A stretch of 64,000 bases of DNA from an uncultured virus (IMG/VR IMGVR_UViG_3300028197_000871) (taxonomy: Duplodnaviria; Heunggongvirae; Uroviricota; Caudoviricetes): the IMG/VR virus record IMGVR_UViG_3300028197_000871, one strand, 5' to 3'. The translations under genes were made by a program, and so were the position numbers. The notes under the pieces were generated by a model. It searched no databases and had not been told where the DNA came from. It saw only the letters and a program-made list of their open reading frames with translations. Positions 1 through 6,998 of the stretch are shown here, in pieces (position 1 is the first letter of the stretch; every line of letters starts with the position of its first letter).

Positions 1-84
1 TCATTTGTTGGACTGAAAGATTATGATGGAGTTGTTAAGTATGCCAGTGAGGATTGTTATATGTCAATGGCAGATGTTGCTTGA
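1..84 (+). CDS. 3' end of a hypothetical protein truncated by the window edge
   Basis: Frame 1 is open from base 1 (SFVGLKDYDGVVKYASEDCYMSMADVA) to TGA at 82-84, in the same orientation as neighbouring genes. Confidence 0.5.
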   Translation, partial: SFVGLKDYDGVVKYASEDCYMSMADVA

Positions 85-87
85 TAG

Positions 88-124
88 ATTGTTAGTTACC
101 TCCAAATGTCCCCTATAGTATAAG
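88..124 (+). promoter_or_regulatory. Repeated promoter-like motif, copy 1 (ATTGTTAGTTACCTCCAAATGTCCCCTATAGTATAAG)
   Basis: Near-identical copy at 1590-1626; both are intergenic, lie upstream of small ORFs and contain a TATAGT -10-like box. Confidence 0.6.
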
Positions 125-129
125 GGTTC

Positions 130-240
130 AGTCTTCTCACTCTCTCTTCTCTTCTTAGAATTGTTTCAGAGAGTTTGCTTCACTTAGTCTTCTCACTCTC
201 TCTTCTCTCTTCAGTATTGTTTCAGAGAGTTTGTTTCACT
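130..240 (+). repeat. Imperfect tandem duplication, two ~55-bp copies with period 56
   Basis: 130-184 and 186-240 both read AGTCTTCTCACTCTCTCTTCTC...ATTGTTTCAGAGAGTTTG(C/T)TTCACT. Confidence 0.9.
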
Positions 241-256
241 CAACCCCCTCACAATT

Positions 257-454
257 ATGTTTTCCATTATGTTTCACACACAACCACAATTCATTGATGC
301 TATTGATCAATTACCACAGTTTGTAAATGATACAAATGCAGATGTAGATATGGCATATGATTGGGTTGCTGATCAATGTAATATCCCTACCTTTGTGAAT
401 CAAACTCAGGCATGGGATATGTTTTATGATGCCTTTGAATCTGCTGCATCATGA
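257..454 (+). CDS. Hypothetical phage protein (65 aa)
   Basis: ORF track; stop overlaps the next ATG (ATGA). Confidence 0.7.
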   Translation: MFSIMFHTQPQFIDAIDQLPQFVNDTNADVDMAYDWVADQCNIPTFVNQTQAWDMFYDAFESAAS

Positions 455-597
455 GAATAGTTATTGTTTCCCTATTCATTATCTTAGGTGCAAATCTAAT
501 GATTGATTTGTTAGATAGTAATATGACTGAAGTATATCAAGAGAGACAAGAAGCACTTAGAAGACTTACAAATCCTCCCTCAAACATCATCAACTAA
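451..597 (+). CDS. Small membrane-anchored hypothetical protein (48 aa, below track cutoff)
   Basis: Manual translation MRIVIVSLFIILGANLMIDLLDSNMTEVYQERQEALRRLTNPPSNIIN; hydrophobic N-terminus; fills the gap between neighbouring ORFs exactly. Confidence 0.7.
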   Translation: MRIVIVSLFIILGANLMIDLLDSNMTEVYQERQEALRRLTNPPSNIIN

Positions 598-867
598 ATG
601 ACTTCTAATCTATCAAAGATCAAACCAAAACTCAGAACAACAGGACAGGTCACAGGTAACTTTGGTAAGGCAAAAGTAAGGACTAATGGTAACACAAACC
701 TAGGTCATACTGATAAGAAAGATATATCCCCAATGACTACATTCAATGAATATATCAATAGATTGTATGATGCAATGAATACAACAACAGATGACAGATT
801 AAAGAACTTCTGTTATAATGAAATTAAGAAGTATCTCATCCAAACTAATCAGTGGGGAATTAATTAA
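598..867 (+). CDS. Hypothetical phage protein (89 aa)
   Basis: ORF track; abuts neighbours (TAA-ATG). Confidence 0.75.
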   Translation: MTSNLSKIKPKLRTTGQVTGNFGKAKVRTNGNTNLGHTDKKDISPMTTFNEYINRLYDAMNTTTDDRLKNFCYNEIKKYLIQTNQWGIN

Positions 868-1119
868 ATGACATCAATCAATGATAACATCATAGACAGA
901 GATGTACTTCAATCTAAGTATGTGCAAGAGTTAATTGATTCAATGGATTGGAAAGATATGGAAAGGTTTGTATATGAAACTATTGATAATAACCTTGATC
1001 AATATAACATGAATGAATTAATAGATGAGGTTTCTGATAGTTACCCAGAACTCCTAGATTGTTCCTCTTATAATGATACTAACCTAGAAGCAACTAATGA
1101 GGGGTTTGTTGGCAAATAA
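868..1119 (+). CDS. Hypothetical acidic phage protein (83 aa)
   Basis: ORF track; abuts previous gene. Confidence 0.75.
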   Translation: MTSINDNIIDRDVLQSKYVQELIDSMDWKDMERFVYETIDNNLDQYNMNELIDEVSDSYPELLDCSSYNDTNLEATNEGFVGK

Positions 1120-1150
1120 CCATCACATTTACTATCTCAAAGATACACAA

Positions 1151-1279
1151 ATGGATGAGAGATTGACTCTTCTATTAGCACCAATCATCAGTGCATATAG
1201 ACCTCATGATCCTATACCTACAAGAGAGGAATTAGGTGACAAAGTAAACACTACTCACATTAGGTTAAATGAACTCTAA
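1151..1279 (+). CDS. Small hypothetical protein (probable start 1151 rather than 1097)
   Basis: In-frame ATG at 1151 avoids overlap with the upstream gene. Confidence 0.4.
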   Translation: MDERLTLLLAPIISAYRPHDPIPTREELGDKVNTTHIRLNEL

Positions 1280-1375
1280 TCTCAGACTTACCCCCTGAAA
1301 ACACCCATAAATAGCACTTTTTTCATTAAAATACCTTTTTAAATGTGTTTTTAAATGTATATGAGTGTTGTATAG

Positions 1376-1450
1376 TTTTCCACAATGTTTCCACAAACCT
1401 GTGGATAAAGTATCATTTAAGGGGTTATTAAGGTGTTATTCTGTGGAGAA
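1376..1450. promoter_or_regulatory. Cluster of four DnaA-box-like 9-mers next to an AT-rich tract
   Basis: TTTTCCACA 1376-1384, GTTTCCACA 1387-1395, TGTGGATAA (reverse TTATCCACA) 1400-1408, TGTGGAGAA (reverse TTCTCCACA) 1442-1450; non-coding; AT-rich about 1307-1362. Confidence 0.6.
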
Positions 1451-1492
1451 AGTACCTTAGAAAGCATCAGAGTTATAGTGATCTAAGAGAGC

Positions 1493-1521
1493 AGTCTATC
1501 ATCAACTCTCAGAAATGTCAA
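1493..1521 (-). promoter_or_regulatory. sigma70-type promoter on the minus strand
   Basis: Reverse complement reads TTGACA-17 nt-TAGACT with extended -10 TGn. Confidence 0.7.
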
Positions 1522-1561
1522 CCCCCTCCCAGTATTATTTTCAGTCCCACACATTTTTCAC

Positions 1562-1591
1562 TTGACAGTTACTCACAGTTCATGCTATTAT
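1562..1591 (+). promoter_or_regulatory. sigma70-type promoter
   Basis: TTGACA-18 nt-TATTAT with extended -10 TGn; back-to-back with the minus-strand promoter. Confidence 0.6.
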
Positions 1592-1626
1592 TGTTAGTAA
1601 CCTCTAAATGTCTCCTATAGTGTAAG
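1590..1626 (+). promoter_or_regulatory. Repeated promoter-like motif, copy 2
   Basis: ATTGTTAGTAACCTCTAAATGTCTCCTATAGTGTAAG matches 88-124 with 4 mismatches. Confidence 0.6.
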
Positions 1627-1640
1627 CACACAATCCACAC

Positions 1641-1901
1641 ATGACATCCACCTATCAGACACAACTCACAGACACCACCTATAATGGTTGGACCAATTAT
1701 GAGACTTGGAATGTATCACTGTGGATTGGTAATGATGAGGGTTTGTATCACATTGCCAGAGAGTATCGTCGCATTGGTTATAAAGCATTCTCTGAGATGA
1801 TGATGGATATGGGTGATGATTGTGCCACTGGTGATGGTGTCAAGTGGAATGATTCCAATCTTAATATATGTGAACTAGATGAGATGTTGGCAGAACTCTG
1901 A
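1641..1901 (+). CDS. Conserved phage hypothetical protein (YNGWTNYETW motif)
   Basis: ORF track; YNGWxNYETWNV motif recalled as widespread in phages. Confidence 0.85.
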   Translation: MTSTYQTQLTDTTYNGWTNYETWNVSLWIGNDEGLYHIAREYRRIGYKAFSEMMMDMGDDCATGDGVKWNDSNLNICELDEMLAEL

Positions 1902-1966
1902 TATAAACTGTGTGACCTAGGATGTCATAAAACTCACTACATTTCACACTAACTAACACAAACTCC

Positions 1967-2119
1967 ATGTCTACTTCTGTAATGATCTCCCTGCTTAGTA
2001 AGGGTCAAACAGGTGCTCAAATCCTTGAGATTCTAGAGTCAATCTGTGAGGGTACTGTGCAACAGTCTGATGGGCAAACTACACCTAACTCAGGTACATT
2101 GGAGGAACTAACATTCTAA
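1967..2119 (+). CDS. Small hypothetical protein (50 aa, below track cutoff)
   Basis: Manual translation MSTSVMISLLSKGQTGAQILEILESICEGTVQQSDGQTTPNSGTLEELTF; A/C-rich leader like neighbouring genes. Confidence 0.65.
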   Translation: MSTSVMISLLSKGQTGAQILEILESICEGTVQQSDGQTTPNSGTLEELTF

Positions 2120-2151
2120 GACTTATGTGATGCTTACTGTGTGCCTCCTAC

Positions 2152-2180
2152 TTGACAGTGGGGGGCATATGTGTTAGACT
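2152..2180 (+). promoter_or_regulatory. sigma70-type promoter whose -35 box overlaps a hairpin loop
   Basis: TTGACA 2152-2157, 17 nt, TAGACT 2175-2180 with extended TGn; hairpin TGTGCCTCCTACT-tgac-AGTGGGGGGCATA. Confidence 0.7.
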
Positions 2181-2294
2181 ACAGAGTAACACTGAGGGAC
2201 AGTGTTTTTAGTCTGGGGATGATGTTGTTGAGGTTGTGTAGCGACCCCCCCCTCGACGAAAAAGCACTAAGTCCCTAACCTACAAAAGTGTGTA

Positions 2295-2359
2295 CCCCTG
2301 AGAGAAATAAAAAAAAATCCAATAAAAAAAATACCCCCCATAGGATTTGCTCTCAGGGG
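2295..2359. repeat. Inverted repeat enclosing A-tracts
   Basis: CCCCTGAGAG (2295-2304) pairs with CTCTCAGGGG (2350-2359); inner AAATCC/GGATTT. Confidence 0.75.
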
Positions 2360-2414
2360 GTCTTGACCGTTTAAGGTTTTTAAATAACTGTAAGTAAACT
2401 GTGAGAAAGTATTA

Positions 2415-2609
2415 ATGAATTACCACATATATTTGAAGGGGGAGTGTATCTTACCTAATTTGAGTGAGGAAAAATTCAAACAGAACTGGGAGTGTTTGCA
2501 GGGGTTAGTGGGATTTATGAAAACTGATTATACTGCTGAGGATCTCTCATATGAGGAGGTAGAACCACTGGTGGAAAACCCTACCTATGGAGAGGGTAGC
2601 AGTTATTGA
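2415..2609 (+). CDS. Hypothetical cyanophage protein (64 aa)
   Basis: ORF track. Confidence 0.75.
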   Translation: MNYHIYLKGECILPNLSEEKFKQNWECLQGLVGFMKTDYTAEDLSYEEVEPLVENPTYGEGSSY

Positions 2610-2634
2610 CATCAGATTAAATAAGATGTATAAT
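2606..2634 (+). promoter_or_regulatory. Perfect consensus sigma70 promoter with a late-promoter-like TAAATA in its spacer
   Basis: TTGACA 2606-2611, 17 nt, TATAAT 2629-2634; ATTAAATA inside the spacer. Confidence 0.85.
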
Positions 2635-2657
2635 TGAAGTGTAGTGAATTAACTATC

Positions 2658-3440
2658 ATGGCAAAAGGATTTACAGTAAAAGCAGCAGCGCCAAGGACAA
2701 CAAAGAAGCCTGCTGAGGAGTGGGATTATGATGCAATCAAGGCAAGGATGAAAGGGAAGGCAATTGTCTTTTGTCTACCTGGAAGGGGATGTAGTTATGC
2801 ATTCATGAAAAACTTTGTGCAGTTGTGTTTTGATTTGGTGCAGAATGGCATGAGCATCCAGATCAGTCAGGATTACTCTTCTATGGTAAACTTTGCACGT
2901 TGTAAGTGTCTAGGTGCTAATGTATTGCGTGGACCTGATCAAATTCCATGGGATGGTAAGTTACAGTATGATTATCAGTTGTGGATTGATAGTGATATTA
3001 TCTTCAACACTGAGAAGTTCTGGCAGTTATGTGATGTATCATTGAATGCAGAGGGCGAGGAGAAGGCAATTACTGCAGGTTGGTATAGTACAGAGGATGG
3101 GAGGACGACCTCTGTTGCACATTGGTTAGAAGAGGATGATTTTAGAAATAATGGTGGAGTGATGAATCATGAGATGGTAGATGGTATTAGTAAGCGTAAG
3201 AAGCCATTTACTGTTGACTATACTGGATTTGGATGGGTAATGATTCAGAAGGGCGTCTTTGAGAATGAGGGTATGAAGTATCCATGGTTTGCTCCTAAGA
3301 TGCAAGTCTTTGAGAGTGGAGCAGTACAGGATATGTGTGGAGAGGATGTAAGTTTCTGTTTAGATGCAATTGAATCTGGATATGAGATTTGGTGTGATCC
3401 ACGTATTCGTGTTGGTCATGAGAAAATGCGTGTTATTTGA
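2658..3440 (+). CDS. GT-A fold glycosyltransferase-like protein
   Basis: DxD motif in YDYQLWIDSDIIF; later TGFGWVMI, GEDVSFC and DPRIRVGH motifs typical of GT2-like enzymes; ATG 2658 preferred because TTG 2634 overlaps the -10 box. Confidence 0.8.
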   Translation: MAKGFTVKAAAPRTTKKPAEEWDYDAIKARMKGKAIVFCLPGRGCSYAFMKNFVQLCFDLVQNGMSIQISQDYSSMVNFARCKCLGANVLRGPDQIPWDGKLQYDYQLWIDSDIIFNTEKFWQLCDVSLNAEGEEKAITAGWYSTEDGRTTSVAHWLEEDDFRNNGGVMNHEMVDGISKRKKPFTVDYTGFGWVMIQKGVFENEGMKYPWFAPKMQVFESGAVQDMCGEDVSFCLDAIESGYEIWCDPRIRVGHEKMRVI

Positions 3441-3453
3441 TTAGGAGATTATT

Positions 3454-3600
3454 ATGGCAAAAGTAAGAAAATCACTGTTGGGCAATATTTTCATTGAATC
3501 CCAACCCAAGAAAACAAGACAGGGTTCAGGGCAACATACAAAGTATGCTGCAACTAGCAGTAACTCTAAGAAGAAGCGATATAGAGGACAGGGCAGATAA
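3454..3600 (+). CDS. Small very basic protein (48 aa, below track cutoff)
   Basis: AGGAG RBS upstream; MAKVRKSLLGNIFIESQPKKTRQGSGQHTKYAATSSNSKKKRYRGQGR; followed by a terminator. Confidence 0.8.
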   Translation: MAKVRKSLLGNIFIESQPKKTRQGSGQHTKYAATSSNSKKKRYRGQGR

Positions 3601-3608
3601 GAATAATG

Positions 3609-3636
3609 AGAGGGGTATTGTTACCCCTCTTTTTTT
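3609..3636 (+). terminator. Rho-independent terminator
   Basis: AGAGGGGTA-ttgt-TACCCCTCT followed by a T-run. Confidence 0.85.
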
Positions 3637-3678
3637 ATGGTATAGTATTATGGCTAGCGGAAAAATCTCTATTTACTC

Positions 3679-4332
3679 ATGGCATATTTAAATCATAGTT
3701 TACCTGATTGGTCTTGTTATATTCGTAATGAGTTCTTATATAATCATAAGAAAGGACATGGTGAGGTGACTAAGTGCGATGTTCATAGTGTTGCTAGCAT
3801 CGAGAAGCGAGTGCCTCTATTTGAAGCATTTTTAGAGAATGGTGTGAACTGGACTAGACGTCCTCTACATGCCTTCTGCTGGGACCCTGAGGCACCCATA
3901 GAACCATTGGAGGACATAATGTACTGGGACTGCTTTAGTCCTTATATTGATGTCCAGAAGCGTCATAGGTTATCTGGTCTTGAAGCAGAACTGATACGAC
4001 CTGATGGTAAGAAAGTAAAGGGTAGTTATATGTGGACTTTAGATTGGAGTTGGGAGAATAAGGGAATACCTGACTTAAACTTTTCAGAGACACCAGAACA
4101 TAAGTGTGCGCATTTGTTTAAGATGGATAATGGTAATTATTATGCCTATCCTAATAATAGAATTATTTGGTATGATAATGCATGGGTATTCAATAGGATT
4201 GAAAAGAACCCTGGATTTGAGATTGATACTACAGTGTATAGTGTAGAGAATAAGAGAAGGATTGAAACATCAGACCATTACATCTATGATATCAAAGACC
4301 TAGATAAAGAAAGAGGAACTATTAATGACTGA
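3679..4332 (+). CDS. Conserved marine-phage hypothetical protein (217 aa)
   Basis: Long ORF with W/H-rich motifs (WDCFS, PEHKCAH, AYPNNRI). Confidence 0.8.
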   Translation: MAYLNHSLPDWSCYIRNEFLYNHKKGHGEVTKCDVHSVASIEKRVPLFEAFLENGVNWTRRPLHAFCWDPEAPIEPLEDIMYWDCFSPYIDVQKRHRLSGLEAELIRPDGKKVKGSYMWTLDWSWENKGIPDLNFSETPEHKCAHLFKMDNGNYYAYPNNRIIWYDNAWVFNRIEKNPGFEIDTTVYSVENKRRIETSDHYIYDIKDLDKERGTIND

Positions 4333-4486
4333 ACCAAATCTATTAAGAGAGATTGCAAATGATGATAAAACTCCTAAAAATACTAAAAGATTGGTGGAAG
4401 ATGGATTTTATGAGGCAACTGACTGTACTGACCCTAATCATATCTGTACTTGTGGCAATGAACAGATAACACTTATTGAAGATTAG
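4325..4486 (+). CDS. Small acidic hypothetical protein (53 aa, below track cutoff)
   Basis: Manual translation MTEPNLLREIANDDKTPKNTKRLVEDGFYEATDCTDPNHICTCGNEQITLIED; overlaps the previous stop. Confidence 0.6.
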   Translation: MTEPNLLREIANDDKTPKNTKRLVEDGFYEATDCTDPNHICTCGNEQITLIED

Positions 4487-4490
4487 TGGT

Positions 4491-4497
4491 CTAAATA
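4491..4497 (+). promoter_or_regulatory. T4-type late promoter (CTAAATA)
   Basis: Variant of the TATAAATA gp55 promoter, just upstream of gp25. Confidence 0.6.
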
Positions 4498-4523
4498 GGT
4501 CAGAATTGTTGTAACATAATTAA

Positions 4524-4925
4524 GTGCCTCTAGAAAGAGTCAGTAAAGGTTTTAAGGATGTAAGTGCATCATTCCAGGTTAACCCTATCAACTATGATAT
4601 TGTTACTATAAAGAATGAGAATGCCATCAGTAGATCTATACGTAATTTAATTCTGACAATACCAGGTGAAAAACCATTTCAACCTGATATTGGATGTAGT
4701 GTGACTAGACTCTTATTTGAATCATTTGATAATTTAACTGCTAATCAAATTAGATCAGAAATTGAAAGAACAGTAGTAAATTATGAGCCTAGAGTAGATC
4801 TGCAGGGAGTTAAAGTTTCTGCAAACCTTGATGCTCACGAATTTGATGTAGTCATTAAGTACATCATTATTGGTGCAAATGCACGTACACAACAATTAAC
4901 ATTTGCATTACAGCCCACTAGATAA
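4524..4925 (+). CDS. gp25: Baseplate wedge subunit, gp25-like
   Basis: AISRSIRNLILTIPGEKPFQPDIG and NYEPRV motifs; GTG start; precedes gp6. Confidence 0.9.
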   Translation: MPLERVSKGFKDVSASFQVNPINYDIVTIKNENAISRSIRNLILTIPGEKPFQPDIGCSVTRLLFESFDNLTANQIRSEIERTVVNYEPRVDLQGVKVSANLDAHEFDVVIKYIIIGANARTQQLTFALQPTR

Positions 4926-6986
4926 ATGCCTCTAGTTAATTTTAGCGACTTAGAATTTAGTCAAATAAAAGATTCCATCAAGGATTACTTGCGTGCGAAT
5001 TCAAATTTTACTGACTATGATTTTGAGGGATCTAACCTATCAACAATTATTGATACTTTAGCATACAACACTTATATTACCTCATACAATGCCAATATGG
5101 TAACTAATGAGGTATTCATTGATAGTGCTACCCTGAGGGAGAATGTAGTCTCTCTTGCAAGGAATATAGGGTATGTACCAAGATCAAAGAAAGCATCATA
5201 TGCTAATGTAACCTTTACAGTAGATGCATCTGCTACAACAGCAGTTACTGTAACATTGAAAGCAGGGTCTGTAATGACCTCCACATCAACACAGACTAAT
5301 AAATCAAAGAACTTTATATTCTCTATTTTAAATGATATTACTGTCCCAGTTAATTCCAGTGGACAGGCAGTATTCAGTGATATAAAAATATGTGAAGGAA
5401 CTTATATTACACAACCATATACTGTAGATGGTAGTAATCCAAATCAGAAGTTTATTTTACCTAATACTGGTATTGATACTGGACTACTTTCTGTTGTTAT
5501 AAAGGATACTAAGGATTCTACAGTTAAAAAGAAGTTTACCTTATTTGATAGTTTATTTGATGTAAATGCATCTACAAGGGCATATTTCTTACAAGAGATT
5601 GGTAATGAGAACTATGAACTTCTATTTGGTGATGGTGTATTTGGTGAGAAGTTGCAAGATAAAAATTATATTGAAGCAAGTTATATTGTAACTAGTGGTC
5701 CTTCTGCCAATAGCATTGAAAGATTTAAGTTCATTGGCAATTTAGAATCTAATAATGGTGATATTATTAGTTCAAAGGTATCAGTCATTAGTACTGAACA
5801 AAAGTCTATTGGTGGTAAGAACATTGAATCTGTAGCATCTATCAAGAAATATGCTCCACAGATCTATGCATCACAAAATAGAGCAGTCACTGCTGCAGAC
5901 TATGAAGCATTAATTCCTAAGATTTATCCTGAAGCAGAGTCTGTATCTGCTTTTGGTGGTGAGGATCTTACTCCTCCCCTCTTTGGTAAAGTCTTTATTA
6001 GTATTAAACCATATAATGGTATCTTTCTTTCATCATCAATTAAGGAGAACCTACAAGCAGCAATCAAAAGATATTCAGTTGCTGGTATCTTGACTGAAAT
6101 TGTTGACTTGAAATACCTTTATATTGAAGCAGATTCTGAGGTATACTATGATACTAACAATGCACCTTCTAAAACCTCAGTACAGGATACTGTAACTAAG
6201 AGTGTTGTAAGGTATTCTGACTCTATTGAATTAAATAGTTTTGGTGCAAGATTTAAATATTCCAAATTTCAAAATATAATTGATAATAGTAGTGATGCTG
6301 TAACTTCAAACATCACTAATATCTCTATGAGAAGGGATATGGCAGCACAGTTAAATACTTTTGCAGAGTATGAACTGTGTTTTGGAAATAGATTCCATCT
6401 TAAGAATCATGGTCATGGTGCTGTTTATGATGGCACTTTAGTTGGATATAATATCAAATCATCTGGTTTCCAGGTGGCAGGTATCAATGGTACTGTTTAC
6501 CTTGGTGACAAGGCAACAGGAGACCTTACAAGAGGTTCTCTGTTCCTGTTCAGGTTGAACTCTCCATCAGAACCAATTATTGTAAAACAGAACATTGGTA
6601 CAATTGACTACAAGAAAGGTGAAATTAAATTAAACCCCATCAATATAATTAGTACACAGGTCAATAGGAACACACCACTAGTAGAGGTTTCTGCTGCTCC
6701 TTACTCAAATGATGTCATTGGTCTCCAAGATCTCTATCTGCAACTTGATGTAAATAATACAACAGTTGATGTTATTCAAGACAATATTGCATCTGGCAAT
6801 GATGTCTCTGGTTCCAACTATATTGTATCACCTAGTTACACTTCAAATGTATTGGTAAGAGGAACACCAGTTACGACAGTACCTGAACTCTCTACTACAA
6901 ACATTACTACTACTAATCCTACTAGTAGACCTTCAACTAGTACATCATCATCTTCTTCATCTTCATCATCTTCCTCAGGCTACTAA
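4926..6986 (+). CDS. gp6: Baseplate wedge subunit gp6
   Basis: FTDYDFEGSNLS, NEVFIDSATLRENVVSLARNIGYVP and QNRAVTAADY motifs; Ser/Thr-rich C-terminal tail. Confidence 0.95.
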   Translation: MPLVNFSDLEFSQIKDSIKDYLRANSNFTDYDFEGSNLSTIIDTLAYNTYITSYNANMVTNEVFIDSATLRENVVSLARNIGYVPRSKKASYANVTFTVDASATTAVTVTLKAGSVMTSTSTQTNKSKNFIFSILNDITVPVNSSGQAVFSDIKICEGTYITQPYTVDGSNPNQKFILPNTGIDTGLLSVVIKDTKDSTVKKKFTLFDSLFDVNASTRAYFLQEIGNENYELLFGDGVFGEKLQDKNYIEASYIVTSGPSANSIERFKFIGNLESNNGDIISSKVSVISTEQKSIGGKNIESVASIKKYAPQIYASQNRAVTAADYEALIPKIYPEAESVSAFGGEDLTPPLFGKVFISIKPYNGIFLSSSIKENLQAAIKRYSVAGILTEIVDLKYLYIEADSEVYYDTNNAPSKTSVQDTVTKSVVRYSDSIELNSFGARFKYSKFQNIIDNSSDAVTSNITNISMRRDMAAQLNTFAEYELCFGNRFHLKNHGHGAVYDGTLVGYNIKSSGFQVAGINGTVYLGDKATGDLTRGSLFLFRLNSPSEPIIVKQNIGTIDYKKGEIKLNPINIISTQVNRNTPLVEVSAAPYSNDVIGLQDLYLQLDVNNTTVDVIQDNIASGNDVSGSNYIVSPSYTSNVLVRGTPVTTVPELSTTNITTTNPTSRPSTSTSSSSSSSSSSSGY

Positions 6987-6998
6987 TAAGAATTACAA

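Noticed and set aside
130..240. Possible mini-CRISPR array
   Set aside because: Only two adjacent copies, no spacer between them and no cas genes in the window
2634..2657. TTG start for the glycosyltransferase-like gene
   Set aside because: It overlaps the TATAAT -10 box; ATG 2658 is more plausible
3494..3691. 65-aa ORF in the track
   Set aside because: TTG start, overlaps the better-supported 3454-3600 ORF and reads through a clear terminator
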